Part shown: positions 53,201 through 63,587 of the stretch, in pieces
Position numbering within the stretch: position 1 is the stretch's first letter
Layout: each line of letters starts with the position of its first letter
Source of the DNA: Aplysia californica
Lineage: Eukaryota
DNA: 64,000 bases
Direction of reading: 5' to 3'
Assembly (NCBI RefSeq): GCF_000002075.1
Contig: NW_004797935.1
Location: 286,929 to 350,928 of the forward strand
Made by a program: the position numbers and the translations under genes
The notes under the pieces: model-generated
Seen by the model: the letters and a program-made list of their open reading frames with translations, nothing else
Told to the model about the DNA's origin: nothing
Database searches by the model: none

Positions 53201-53521
53201 TGGACTCGAGTCCGAATAACGACGGCCTTGTTTATAATGACAAAAATCCACCAAGTTTGAGAGCTTTCACATACTCAGAAAGCACATTTCACGATGTACA
53301 CATTTGAAATACGAATGGCAAATGTTTTGGTCAAGGTATACTCACGCATCAATATTACTGGAACTTGTGGAACTTGACGCCGAATCACTTTGACTTTCTC
53401 GAGCAGGCGGGGGGTCATTTTGGCTTGACTTAGAACTGGCTCTCGCGCTAGTTCTTAGCAGCAGTTTATGTGAACAGGAGGCTGAAGGCGCCTTCAAAAG
53501 AACTCGATGTAAAAAATTCAT
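38212..53521 (-). CDS. OTC: ornithine carbamoyltransferase-like protein, probably mitochondrial, catalytic motifs degenerate (candidate pseudoenzyme), 11 exons, ~429 aa
   Basis: Exons: 53521-53346, 49296-49156, 46542-46431, 45874-45793, 45240-45153, 44144-43991, 42272-42150, 41480-41427, 40208-40056, 39399-~39262 (donor in gap), 38280-38212. Fold motifs GRDFLSL, FEK, LGG, WIGDGN, GYEPD, FLH.LPR..EV, AENR.W, C-terminal YSP..PKPK. Internal exon sizes 82/88/154/123/54 nt equal those recalled for human OTC. The symbol denotes family, not demonstrated activity. Confidence 0.9.
40394..40595. repeat. 36-38-bp minisatellite, ~5.5 copies
   Basis: AACAGGGGACATAACA..TGGATCAGCAGAACAGGGT repeated. Confidence 0.95.
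40657..40980 (-). mobile_element. tRNA-derived SINE, family B (second copy)
   Basis: Head and tail match 33202-33707 in reverse complement. Confidence 0.85.
42838..43187 (-). mobile_element. tRNA-derived SINE, family A
   Basis: Colinear with 28988-29342; A-box TGGCCTAGTGG, GTGTCCTTGGGAAG, AATGGGTACC. Confidence 0.85.
44412..44597 (-). mobile_element. tRNA-derived SINE, family C
   Basis: Reverse complement aligns with 19157-19350. Confidence 0.7.
46827..48838. mobile_element. ~2-kb non-autonomous hAT-like element
   Basis: TAGACCTGTGC ... GCACAGCATTA termini; 8-bp TSD CTCTTAAT/CTCTTAAG; TTCGAA motifs; five internal TGGGTACCCAC..CCGCTT repeats at 47208-47512. Confidence 0.75.
51608..52157. 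mobile_element. element built of ATTCTCACCC/GGGTGAGAAT palindromes
   Basis: About 8 full or half palindromes in two arms around a GC-rich core; TTAGGACACAAC direct repeat at 51612 and 52146. Confidence 0.65.
52278..53222. mobile_element. fold-back element with TATTCGGACTCGAGTCCGAATA palindromes
   Basis: Left arm ~52278-52321 is the reverse complement of ~53110-53152; two more palindrome units to ~53220; CpG-rich core. Confidence 0.75.
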
Positions 53522-54191
53522 TTCAATTAATCTCCAGAATCTACCAGCTGGTGCAACAAAAACTAAGTCCAAGAATAAACCAGATCCAAACAAACGCCGG
53601 CCTAACGGTCGTTGGGCATCTTCCGAAGCGAAAGTTCAGATTCCTACTTCTACCGGATGTTTTGATTCTGAATCTCAAAATAGTCTGCGGAAATTCCCGA
53701 TTTTCTCGTCGATCGATATAGCCTAATACAGTAATTCAGCTTAATCGATAGACCCGTTGCACCATGTTTTGAAACTGTGAAGAACAAAATTAGGACCTTG
53801 AAGGTCTGTCTAATAATACCAGAGTATTTATAAACTCGCTAATAATACTTTATGACGTTGTTTGAACCCGTGGTGCAATCTTCGCGCTGGTTGAGTATAA
53901 AACGAACTGTTTTGCTTAGTAACGTTCAGAGAAAAATGTGATCGGAGTGGAAAACGCTCCGTGAGCGTGACTTGTTGAAAATAATATTATTGATATGTGA
54001 AGCTTGGTGCCTGTGAGTACCACATTTTCAAGTCCAAAGCAAAGAAAAGGACCCCAAGCCGAGACCAAGAGGACCCCTGCGTCTTCAATTTGTCAAGTCA
54101 AAAGCCTTTATAAAGAAAGCACTTTGCGCCCTCGCCTCAACAGCGCGTGTGTGTGCCATATCTGACCGCCTCAGTTCGTGACTTTTTCTGA
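53522..54191. promoter_or_regulatory. putative bidirectional promoter and 5' UTRs; TATA box at 54109-54114 on +
   Basis: 670 bp between divergent ATGs; CpG-retaining and free of recognisable repeats; TATAAAG ~80 bp upstream of the eEF2-like ATG. Confidence 0.6.
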
Positions 54192-57100
54192 ATGGTATGG
54201 GATATTATTATGACTATGGATGTACCAATGAATTAAACAAACATTTTAAAGAACCTAGATGAATACATTAATTAATTCTGGGGAAACATTGATCCCATAG
54301 CTGACCTACTTGTTCTCGTACCAACAGGTTGAGTTTTCCATGATAAATTTTTGTAGAAACTGAATTTTTATTTTATCTGTGCAAAAAATGCCAGTCAACT
54401 CTCCAGTCTCTAGTCTGGCTTTGCCACAGAAAAATTCATCAGAAGTCGGAGTTTTCCATATACGTGTGCTTTCATTTTAGAACCATTGAAATAAACTTCA
54501 AATGTCTATTCACTTTTAAATATATATCACATGCACACTGCTGCACCAGTGATGTCTTTAAAACTAAAACTGATTTTACAGAGGTTACTTGTGCTTGTGC
54601 AATCCTTAAATTCTGTAATTTGTTTCTGCAATGTGCACATATAATGATGTACAGAAAAGTAAGAAGGCATAGCTAGGGGAAAGGGGAAATTTTAATCGAA
54701 GTGGCTAGCCGTACTTAAGTACTGCTAGACTAGCCGTACTTAGATCTAGGTTTGGCCCAATCGACTCAAGCCTGTTAAGTACACAGGTCTCATTAGATCT
54801 AGATCTAGTAATTATTCAGGTTCAAATACATGCAAGTCAGTAAGGCACCTTTTGGTTTTGTCTGAAATACAAATACTTTAGGCATTGCAAACTAAAAATT
54901 CCATTTACAATTCAGCCATCAATATTAAGTACGGCTAGCCTGACAGTCTAGCCGTCCTTAAGTACGGCTAGCCTGGCTGTCTACCCGTACTTAAGTACGG
55001 CTAGACTGGCAGTCTAGCCGTACTTAAGTACGGCTAGACTGCTAGTCTAGCCGTACTTATCTTAGGCCCTATTAACATTAGAAAACAGGAGGTTTAAAAT
55101 ACATGCACTGTCATTAAGGCACCTGGTTTTGTCTCAAATTCAAATACTTTAGGTACTTCACACTAAAAATGTATATTTACAATTCAGTAGGCCTATTTTT
55201 TGTAAATGGTCAGTCTAGCCATCATATTAAGAATAAGTACGGCTAGACTGTGAGTCTAGCCGTACTTAAGTACGGCTAGACTGCCAGTCTAGCCGTCATT
55301 AAGTACGGCTAGCCTCTTCCAATTTTAATTAAAGTGTTGTCCGTTCCGTAGCATATATACTAATGCAGGGGGAGAAAGACAGTGATGATGAAAAGTGACT
55401 TATGTAATGCAAGATAATATATCCTACCAAAAAAAAATCGATGCAATGATAGAGCCATTCTTCATATTTTCTTTCTTTTTTTTAGGGGGGGGGAGGGGAT
55501 GTTAGAGGAAGGTTGCAGCTAACATAAAAAGAGTAAAGAATGACTTGAGCTGTCATTGCATAGAATTTTTAATTAAGGCATTATCTCTGCGTTATGTGTG
55601 TCACTTTTCATTGAATGACCCATTTTTCCTATTCTGCAGAGGAATAGAATCTTAATTAAAAAGTTATGAACATATAGATGTACAAATTCTTTTATCAAGA
55701 AAATTCATGTGATAATCCTCTGAATTTACAGACATTTGCTGTCACATACAGATTTTTAAGTTGTCATATAATATATGTAATGTTCTACGATTAAAATTTT
55801 CCTGTTCTTGTCTTTATTGTCCACTCAGGTTCAATTAAGTGTCGAACAACTTCAACATGCACTGCGAAAGCGCAAGAATATCCGCAACATTGCTGTTATT
55901 GCCCATGTTGACCATGGAAAGACTACTCTTACTGATTCCTTGCTTGCGAGGGCTGGTGTGATCGCATCCTCACAGGCAGGTGATAAGAGGGCCACTGATA
56001 CTCTCAAATATGAACAAGAAAAAGGCATCACCATCAAGTCGACGTGAGTTGCCGTTTTCTCTTTTACAAAAGTGATGATGATAATTGTCTTTGAGATGGC
56101 AATTTTAAAAGTGTATTTCAATATTGGGTGCGGTTTTTACTATCTTTAGATGATTTCTGTCCTCGAGAATGCAATGTGTTTTTTTTATATGATTGGTTTT
56201 TCTTCTTTGAGAAATTCATAATCGTTTATTTTTTACTTCTTTATTATTTGCCTTTAGCTTAAATGTTATTTGACTGAAGCTGCTCATACCATTCGAGCTA
56301 TTGTCTGATTGTTGTTTCAATTTGGCTATCAGTACTTGCCATCTTTACTTGGTTATTGTACTAAAAAGGCATGTTTGTTTTAAATTTGTGGTTGTAAATT
56401 CTCCTTCTGACAGCGCTATTTTCAAATATATCAAAATATACATTTGTCTTTCTTTCAGCGCTATTTCCTTGTATCTCAGATTACCCATTTTTCTTTCTGA
56501 CAGCGCTATATCCTTGTATCTCAAATCACCCATTTTTCTTTCTGACGGGGCTATATCCTTGTATCTCAAATCACCCATTTTTCTTTCTGACAGGGCTATA
56601 TCCTTGTACTACAACTTGGAAGACAAGGATGTTGAGCAACTGGGGTCTGAAGGAACGGGTTTCCTGATCAACCTGGTGGACAGCCCTGGCCATGTAGACT
56701 TCTCCCCTGAGGTGACAGCCGCCCTGAGGGTGGTCGATGGAGCCATGGTGGTGGTGGACTGTGTCAGTGGTAAGTTACGTGTTGGTGGTCCAGTGGTTAG
56801 ACTTCACTCTCGACTGGAAGGTCGTGGGTTTGAATTCCATCAGGAGCGCAACGTTTTGCGTTTTGGAAAAGCATTTTACATGAATTTTCCAAATTCACCC
56901 TTTTGGGATTGGGTACCTGGCTATAGGCAATAAAAGATTTGGTCAGTTTGTTAGTACTTTAGCGCATGTAATTTGCAGCTTGGTCTATATGCTTTCTGTG
57001 AGGCCAAAAATGTTTCTTAGTTTTGTTCTTGTCTACTCAGGTAACTGTAGTTGTAAGGCACCTAAAGCATGCTGTAGAGCATAGATAGGAGCTATAAAAA

Positions 57101-60100
57101 TGCGAAATTATCATTAATTATTATTAACTCAGTTGATTTCGCTTTTTGAACATTTTTTTCCTGATTGAAACTCTTCAGCCTTTAGAGTTATACCACTGGG
57201 TAAAAGTAAAGTTACCACCAACTCTTAATAGAGATTTTATTGTGTTCTAAAAGGCTATGTGTGGTCTGCCATTCTATAAGGCTGTGAATGCTGGACTGTA
57301 TTGAAAAATATAAGGCAAGGGAAGCAGTGGCGTTTTGTGATGATCTTACACAGAGTGACTATGTCATCACTTCAACTACATTGTATTTCCCCTTTTATTT
57401 TTGCGTGTGTGTGTAGGCGTGAGCGTCCAGACAGAGACGGTGCTGCGACAAGCGCTGTCGGAGAGGATCAAGCCTGTGCTCATGATGAACAAGCTGGACA
57501 GGGCTGTGTTCGAGAAGGCTCTCACCGCGGAGGAAATCTACTGCACTCTCCGAGACGTTGTGGGCAGCGTCAATGCCCTCATCGGCATATACTGCGAGGA
57601 CGACTCACCCATGGGAGATTTGATGGTAAGTATACAAAGATTTATTATTTTTATATTTTGTTGTTGTTGTTTGTTTTAAATTAGAACAAAAGTTACGGAT
57701 CATTTTTGTAGTCTTTTGTTTGTGAAGAAACAAGATGTAACATTTTTTTTTTTTTGGTTGGATTATTAAGACTTTCAGCCAGAAACATGTGCTTCTGACG
57801 AATTCTATTTTGATCAGGTAGTTTTGTTGTATAGTTTGTTTTATTGTGCTCATAGCACCTGGTCTTATCGTGAGAAGGAAAGTTGTTATATCTTTGAATT
57901 CTGGGCAATGGAATAGACGGTGGAACGCTGTGTCATAAAGGTGGAAATATTGTTGGGAACATGTGGCTTAGGAGAAAATAATTTATTAATTAAACAGGCC
58001 AATTTTTCCTTGTCTGCTTTTCTTTATACGGCCTGTTATTGTTTTCATTCGGGAAATTTACAAACTGAATAAATCTGAGTAAATTTTTTCGCATTTTAAA
58101 AATCCTGTACAACTCTTCCGAATGTTAAAAACCTCTCCGGCATTGTTCCAGATGGATCCAGCCAAGGGCAATGTGAGCTTCGGCTCTGGCCTTCATGGCT
58201 GGGGTTTCAACCTCAAGCAGTTTGCTCGTCTGTACTCGAGCAAGTTCGGCATCAAGGAAGAACGTCTGATGAGAAGGCTCTGGGGGGAGCATTACTTCAG
58301 CCCGGCCTCACGTCAATGGAGCAAGCAGCCCGGAGAGGGACGTGTCAGGGGCTTCAACCACTTTGTCCTTGACCCTCTCCTCAAAGTGAGCAACGTTCTT
58401 TCAATGGGCTACCTATGAACAAATATTAATTATATCTTGGTTACTATCGTTGTTATTTTTCTTTGTACTTGGCTTTATGTTAAGTGCCAAGAGCTGTGTG
58501 CACACGAGAATAGGCACAGTAAAAATGATCCACATTATTATTATTAAAATTGATATTAAGATTGTATCAGATCCGAAACACAAGATTAGATGAAGAGTGT
58601 TGCTTATCTTTTTCGATTTCTCTCAGAACCCAGTTCAGGGTTGCTACTTTTCTGGAAATTTTGGAGATTCTAGATGTGGATTTTCTCCTCCAGATCCCAA
58701 TGCCTGCGTTCTGTGGAAAAAACATAAAATTTATATACCGGTATGTATNNNNNNNNNNNNNNNNNNNNNNNNNNNNNNNNNNNNNNNNNNNNNNNNNNNN
58801 NNNNNNNNNNNNNNNNNNNNNNNNNNNNNNNNNNNNNNNNNNNNNNNNNNNNNNNNNNNNNNNNNNNNNNNNNNNNNNNNNNNNNNNNNNNNNNNNNNNN
58901 NNNNNNNNNNNNNNNNNNNNNNNNNNNNNNNNNNNNNNNNNNNNNNNNNNNNNNNNNNNNNNNNNNNNNNNNNNNNNNNNNNNNNNNNNNNNNNNNNNNN
59001 NNNNNNNNNNNNNNNNNNNNNNNNNNNNNNNNNNNNNNNNNNNNNNNNNNNNNNNNNNNNNNNNNNNNNNNNNNNNNNNNNNNNNNNNNNNNNNNNNNNN
59101 NNNNNNNNNNNNNNNNNNNNNNNNNNNNNNNNNNNNNNNNNNNNNNNNNNNNNNNNNNNNNNNNNNNNNNNNNNNNNNNNNNNNNNNNNNNNNNNNNNNN
59201 NNNNNNNNNNNNNNNNNNNNNNNNNNNNNNNNNNNNNNNNNNNNNNNNNNNNNNNNNNNNNNNNNNNNNNNNNNNNNNNNNNNNNNNNNNNNNNNNNNNN
59301 NNNNNNNNNNNNNNNNNNNNNNNNNNNNNNNNNNNNNNNNNNNNNNNNNNNNNNNNNNNNNNNNNNNNNNNNNNNNNNNNNNNNNNNNNNNNNNNNNNNN
59401 NNNNNNNNNNNNNNNNNNNNNNNNNNNNNNNNNNNNNNNNNNNNNNNNNNNNNNNNNNNNNNNNNNNNNNNNNNNNNNNNNNNNNNNNNNNNNNNNNNNN
59501 NNNNNNNNNNNNNNNNNNNNNNNNNNNNNNNNNNNNNNNNNNNNNNNNNNNNNNNNNNNNNNNNNNNNNNNNNNNNNNNNNNNNNNNNNNNNNNNNNNNN
59601 NNNNNNNNNNNNNNNNNNNNNNNNNNNNNNNNNNNNNNNNNCCCCCCCCTTTGATTCTAGTGTATCCCAGAGTTCCAAGCCTGTTATGAAAGAAAAAGTG
59701 AGTCTATCCTTTTTTTTTAAGTCAAACTCACTCGAGACAAAACCGTTGCTTTGAAATTCAGGCTAAAATGAAAGGACAGCTTGAAACTCTTGTTGATTTG
59801 AAACAGTTGATAGAAAAACAGTGAGCAAAACACACCATGGATTTTCGATGATCGTTGAAATTTGGACTCAACCCCTGATTCAAGGATCATCAAAATTGAA
59901 ATTGAAAGACTTATCCTCCTGCAACCCCCACCCCCTTCCCTATATAAACAACATGTGGATGGACCAGTAAAAGGAAATGTTTTATGTCACCAGCAATGAA
60001 GGAGTGTGACCCCAATGGACCTCTCATGATGTACGTAGCAAAGATGATCCCGGCCGCGGAGAAGGGTCGGTTCTACGCCGTTGGCCGTGTGTTCTCTGGC

Positions 60101-60194
60101 ACCGTTTCTCCGGGACAAAAAGTGAGGATTATGGGCCCTGATTATGTTCCAAATGCAGTGAAAAAGCGAGACCTGTATGTCAAGAATGTACCCA

Positions 60195-60225
<31 letters not shown>

Positions 60226-63200
60226 GTAACAAATAGCATTTATGCTGCACATTTCCATTTTCTATTTTAAAAATGCTCTATGTGCATTACATTCATGAAA
60301 CAGGTACTTCAGTGAACTGTTTTGTCTAAAGTAAGACTAAAAGTAGTTGTTTTTTTGTGTGTTTTTTGTTTTTTTCATTAATAATGATTTATTATTTGGT
60401 ATTTTTCCTCATATCTTGACAATTAATTTTGAGTCAGATATGCTCATTTTGTGTATATTTTGTTAGAGGTGCTGATTCATGGTGGTTGTGGAAGGGAAAA
60501 GAGCCATGAAAGATTCATATTTTGTCGTGGCAATGATTTCAGGATTACAATTTTTTTGTTGTGAGTGTGTCCAGTATAGAGAAGTATTCTGTTTGTTGCT
60601 CAGCTCTTGCACCCTACCCCTATCACAAACACACACTGAAGGCTATTTAAAAGAAAGGAAAGAGGTGTATGAAATCTTGATAATATTAAAAAGCATTTTT
60701 CAAAACTGTGAGCTAAATTCTGTCCATTCTTCTATGAATATGAATCGATAACAACATTATGAATATGAACCTGTGGAGCCAGGTACATTGCAGATTATTC
60801 TAAAAAGTATCTGTGCAATGTGAGGGGAAGAATAGATGTTTGATAATACAATTTTTCTAATGTTTTCATTTCCATATAAAAGTTTGAGGTCATATTGTGT
60901 ACCTACTAGTTGTCATTGGCATGCTGATTTTCCCCCACAGAACGGTTCTCATGATGGGTGGCCAGGTACAGTCTGTTGATAACGCCCCATGTGGCAACAT
61001 CATTGGGCTGGTTGGTGTGGACAGGTACCTGCAGAAGACGGGAACCATCACGACTTTTGAGGAAGCACACAACCTGAAGGTGAGCTCAACTTTGCAATTG
61101 TCTCGGTCATAACACACTTGCTGTAGTTATTTTGTTATTGTTGTTGTTGCTGTTTTGTTTTGAGAAAACTTTAAAAAGAACCGTGTGCTGTGTAAGTCAG
61201 CCTTTTGACTTGAGCAATAGTGATCATATCTCAATAATTGGATTTTTAGTATACTAAACGAAACTCAGCCATGTTGAGGTTATGAAACAAGTATATAACA
61301 AGCATTTCTACTGGACTAGTGACTAGAAGCCTGAAAAAGCCTGAGGCAGTTATGACACTGAGGAAATTTAGCAAATGAATCAGAATCTATACCCTTAAAC
61401 TTAATAAATTGTACCCTCTCAGCACTATAGTGCAGAACGTGATGGAAGTTTTTTTTTTTGTAATCAAGGGCTTTACATAAATGGGAGTAATAGCTATTGC
61501 AAACCTGATTTTTTTTTTTTTTTCTAAATGTATGTGTTTTACACCCCTTCAACTCAATGTAGATCATATAGGATTAGGAGGCACGCTTCGACCCTGCTTG
61601 CCACTAAACCATTGTTGTAAAGTGTAATGAGCATGCTGTAGAGCGAGGAAATACGCTATATAAATGCAATTATTATTAGTATCATTAAACCGCAGAGGCC
61701 ACATTTACAGTTTTTGCTTCTGCCACCAGGTGATGCGGTTCTCGGTGAGTCCCGTGATGCGTGTGGCAGTGGACGTCGTCCATCCCCAGGACTTGCCCAA
61801 GCTGGTAGAGGGTCTGAGGCGACTCAACAAGGCCGAACCCCTCGTACAGGTCGGTACTCACACCAGACACGTGTCTGACTCACTGTAAAGGTGTGGATGG
61901 TCGATATCAAACCGGATAGACCATAGATACCATAAAAAATAATACAGGACACAGAACAACCAACACACCATGTTCATTAGCCGCCACACGCCCAGTGCAG
62001 TTTCCTTTATTGAAGAGCTCTCCTCAAGCATGAACAGTAGAATAGTTTCCCTTGTAGGGCACACAACATGGTTGCACCAAAATATTATGGTCCAAAATAT
62101 AATACTGTTACACTCACTGACTGTCAGGGGCTGTAATCCCAATGTAACCCCGACTGCCTGCATGTCGACAATGGTGTTTTTAACAATTTTATTGTCTGAT
62201 AACTATTCAAAGTAGACACTTATAATTTTCACTATCTATTATTTTTATATTGTGTTTTAAACACAAATGAAAACAGGTTTTCAGTAGATGTCGTACCTTT
62301 GTTTGCATGATTATTTGAAACACAAAAATTTTGGTCTTTGTTGTTTAGGATTTATTTTTCTTTTTTCTGTTCCGTCCAAAATATATATTATGTTGTATCA
62401 GTTCATAAACTTCCTTCCTTTCTTTGGGTCACATTTTGATTCGTTATGATTATTTCACTTTTTTGTGGGTGGTCGGAGGGCACCACTTGTCGTATTAATT
62501 CTTTTCTTTCCCTTTGTTGTTTCTGGGTATCTGTCTTGCTTTTTCCCTGCACTCTATGACAGTAATTGTGTCGATGTGCCTTTCTTTACTCAAAGTGTAT
62601 TTCACCTAGAGGGTGGTTGGCGAGTGCTCTTGTGTGGTTTGCTTCTTCTTTCCCATCGAACATCTATTATCTTTATCTCCCCACCTTATTTTTTGTGTTT
62701 GTTACTCTCTTGTAACCCCTCTAACCTTTGGCAGTTCTATGACCGTATTGTGTTGCAAGTGCTGTAAAACTAAAACTTCATTAAAATTTCACCTTTTTGA
62801 TGAAAATATATGTTTTTCCTCTCTGTACGTGTGTGTTTGTGTTTAGTGCACCAGCGAGGAGGGTCAGCACATTGTGGCGGGGGCCGGAGAGCTGCACCTG
62901 GACATTTGCCTGAAGGACCTGGAGGAGGAGTACGCCGGTGTGCCCATCAAGGTATGGACGCTGGGACTACTTTGCAGTAACCCTTCTCGCGATTTTTTAC
63001 TTTTTGTAAAGTCTTGCTGGATGAATTTGCAAAGCCAACTGTGTGATGTTTTGCTTGAGTTTTGCTAATGCTATACATATTTTTGGTAATACAGTATAAC
63101 ACGGGGATACCAGACAAAAATATTCCAAATCTTGATTCAGTCATTCAGAAGTAACATTAGCGAAAAAATGGCCTCCAAAGTTTGTTGACCTCCATAGCTT

Positions 63201-63587
63201 AAGAGTCCTTGAAAACTGTAAATTTACATTTTTTGTGACTTTATCTACAATTTTTTATAAAATCCACCCTAAAATATGTTTTTAATAGGTGATAAAAGAT
63301 GCTGATCTGAAAAAAGAAAATTGGGAAGAAAGTACCCAACGTCCAGGAAAATGCCTGTTTCTTTGATTTGGTCATTTTGACGAACGCCTAGCCTGATTTC
63401 ACCTGGCTGCCTCACATATCACCGGTGTTCTATTTGTCGACAGAGGTCGGAGCCCGTGGTGAAGTTTTGTGAGACGGTGATTCAGGAGTCTGACCGCGTC
63501 TGTCTGGCCAAGTCAAGCAACAAGCTGAACAGAGTGTTCATGACAGCCGAGCCGCTGCCAGACGGACTCAGCGAAGAGATTGAAAAT
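54192..63587 (+). CDS. EEF2: eukaryotic elongation factor 2-like protein (divergent paralogue), partial: continues beyond the window, and one or more exons are presumed in gap 58749-59641
   Basis: Exons: 54192-54194 (ATG only, then gtatgg), 55829-56043, 56594-56769, 57417-57625, 58152-58385, [gap], 59994-60195, 60941-61079, 61730-61849, 62847-62951, 63444-63587. Motifs [107 protein letters not shown]. Confidence 0.93.
54697..55320. mobile_element. MULE/fold-back-like MITE, 9-bp TSD
   Basis: CGAAGTGGCTAGCCGTACTTAA ... TTAAGTACGGCTAGCCTCTTCC (20/22); AATTTTAAT at 54688-54696 and 55321-55329; internal arrays of TAGCCGTACTTAAGTACGGCTA. Confidence 0.85.
56400..56608 (+). repeat. 45-bp tandem repeat spanning the intron 2/exon 3 acceptor of the eEF2-like gene
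   Basis: TTTCTGACAG|.GCTAT junction units ending at 56413, 56458, 56503, 56548 (AG>GG) and 56593. Confidence 0.92.
56781..57126 (+). mobile_element. tRNA-derived SINE, family A (diverged)
   Basis: TGGTCCAGTGG A-box, GGTTTGAATTC B-box, TGGGTACCTGGCTATAGGC, ATT-rich tail. Confidence 0.75.
60197..60224. repeat. (TAA)n microsatellite abutting a splice donor
   Basis: AG|gtaataataa... run. Confidence 0.9.

Noticed and set aside
38212-53521. OTC-like locus as a classical pseudogene, or as ATCase
   Set aside because: No frameshift or stop and all visible splice sites are intact; exon sizes and C-terminus match animal OTC, and the ATCase HPLP motif is absent.
54927-55060. CRISPR-like palindromic array (also 47208-47512)
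   Set aside because: Eukaryotic intron, spacers only a few nt or themselves repeated, enclosed by TIRs and TSDs, no cas genes.
55381-56280. Intronic C/D-box snoRNAs (GTGATGA at ~55382 and ~56072)
   Set aside because: No suitably spaced CTGA with terminal stem or recognisable rRNA guide by eye; needs snoscan or Rfam.
54192-63587. Identity as EFL1, EFTUD2 or mitochondrial EF-G
   Set aside because: GKTT is EFL1/EF-G-like, but [36 protein letters not shown] and the ATG-only first exon are eEF2-type; no acidic EFTUD2 N-terminus.
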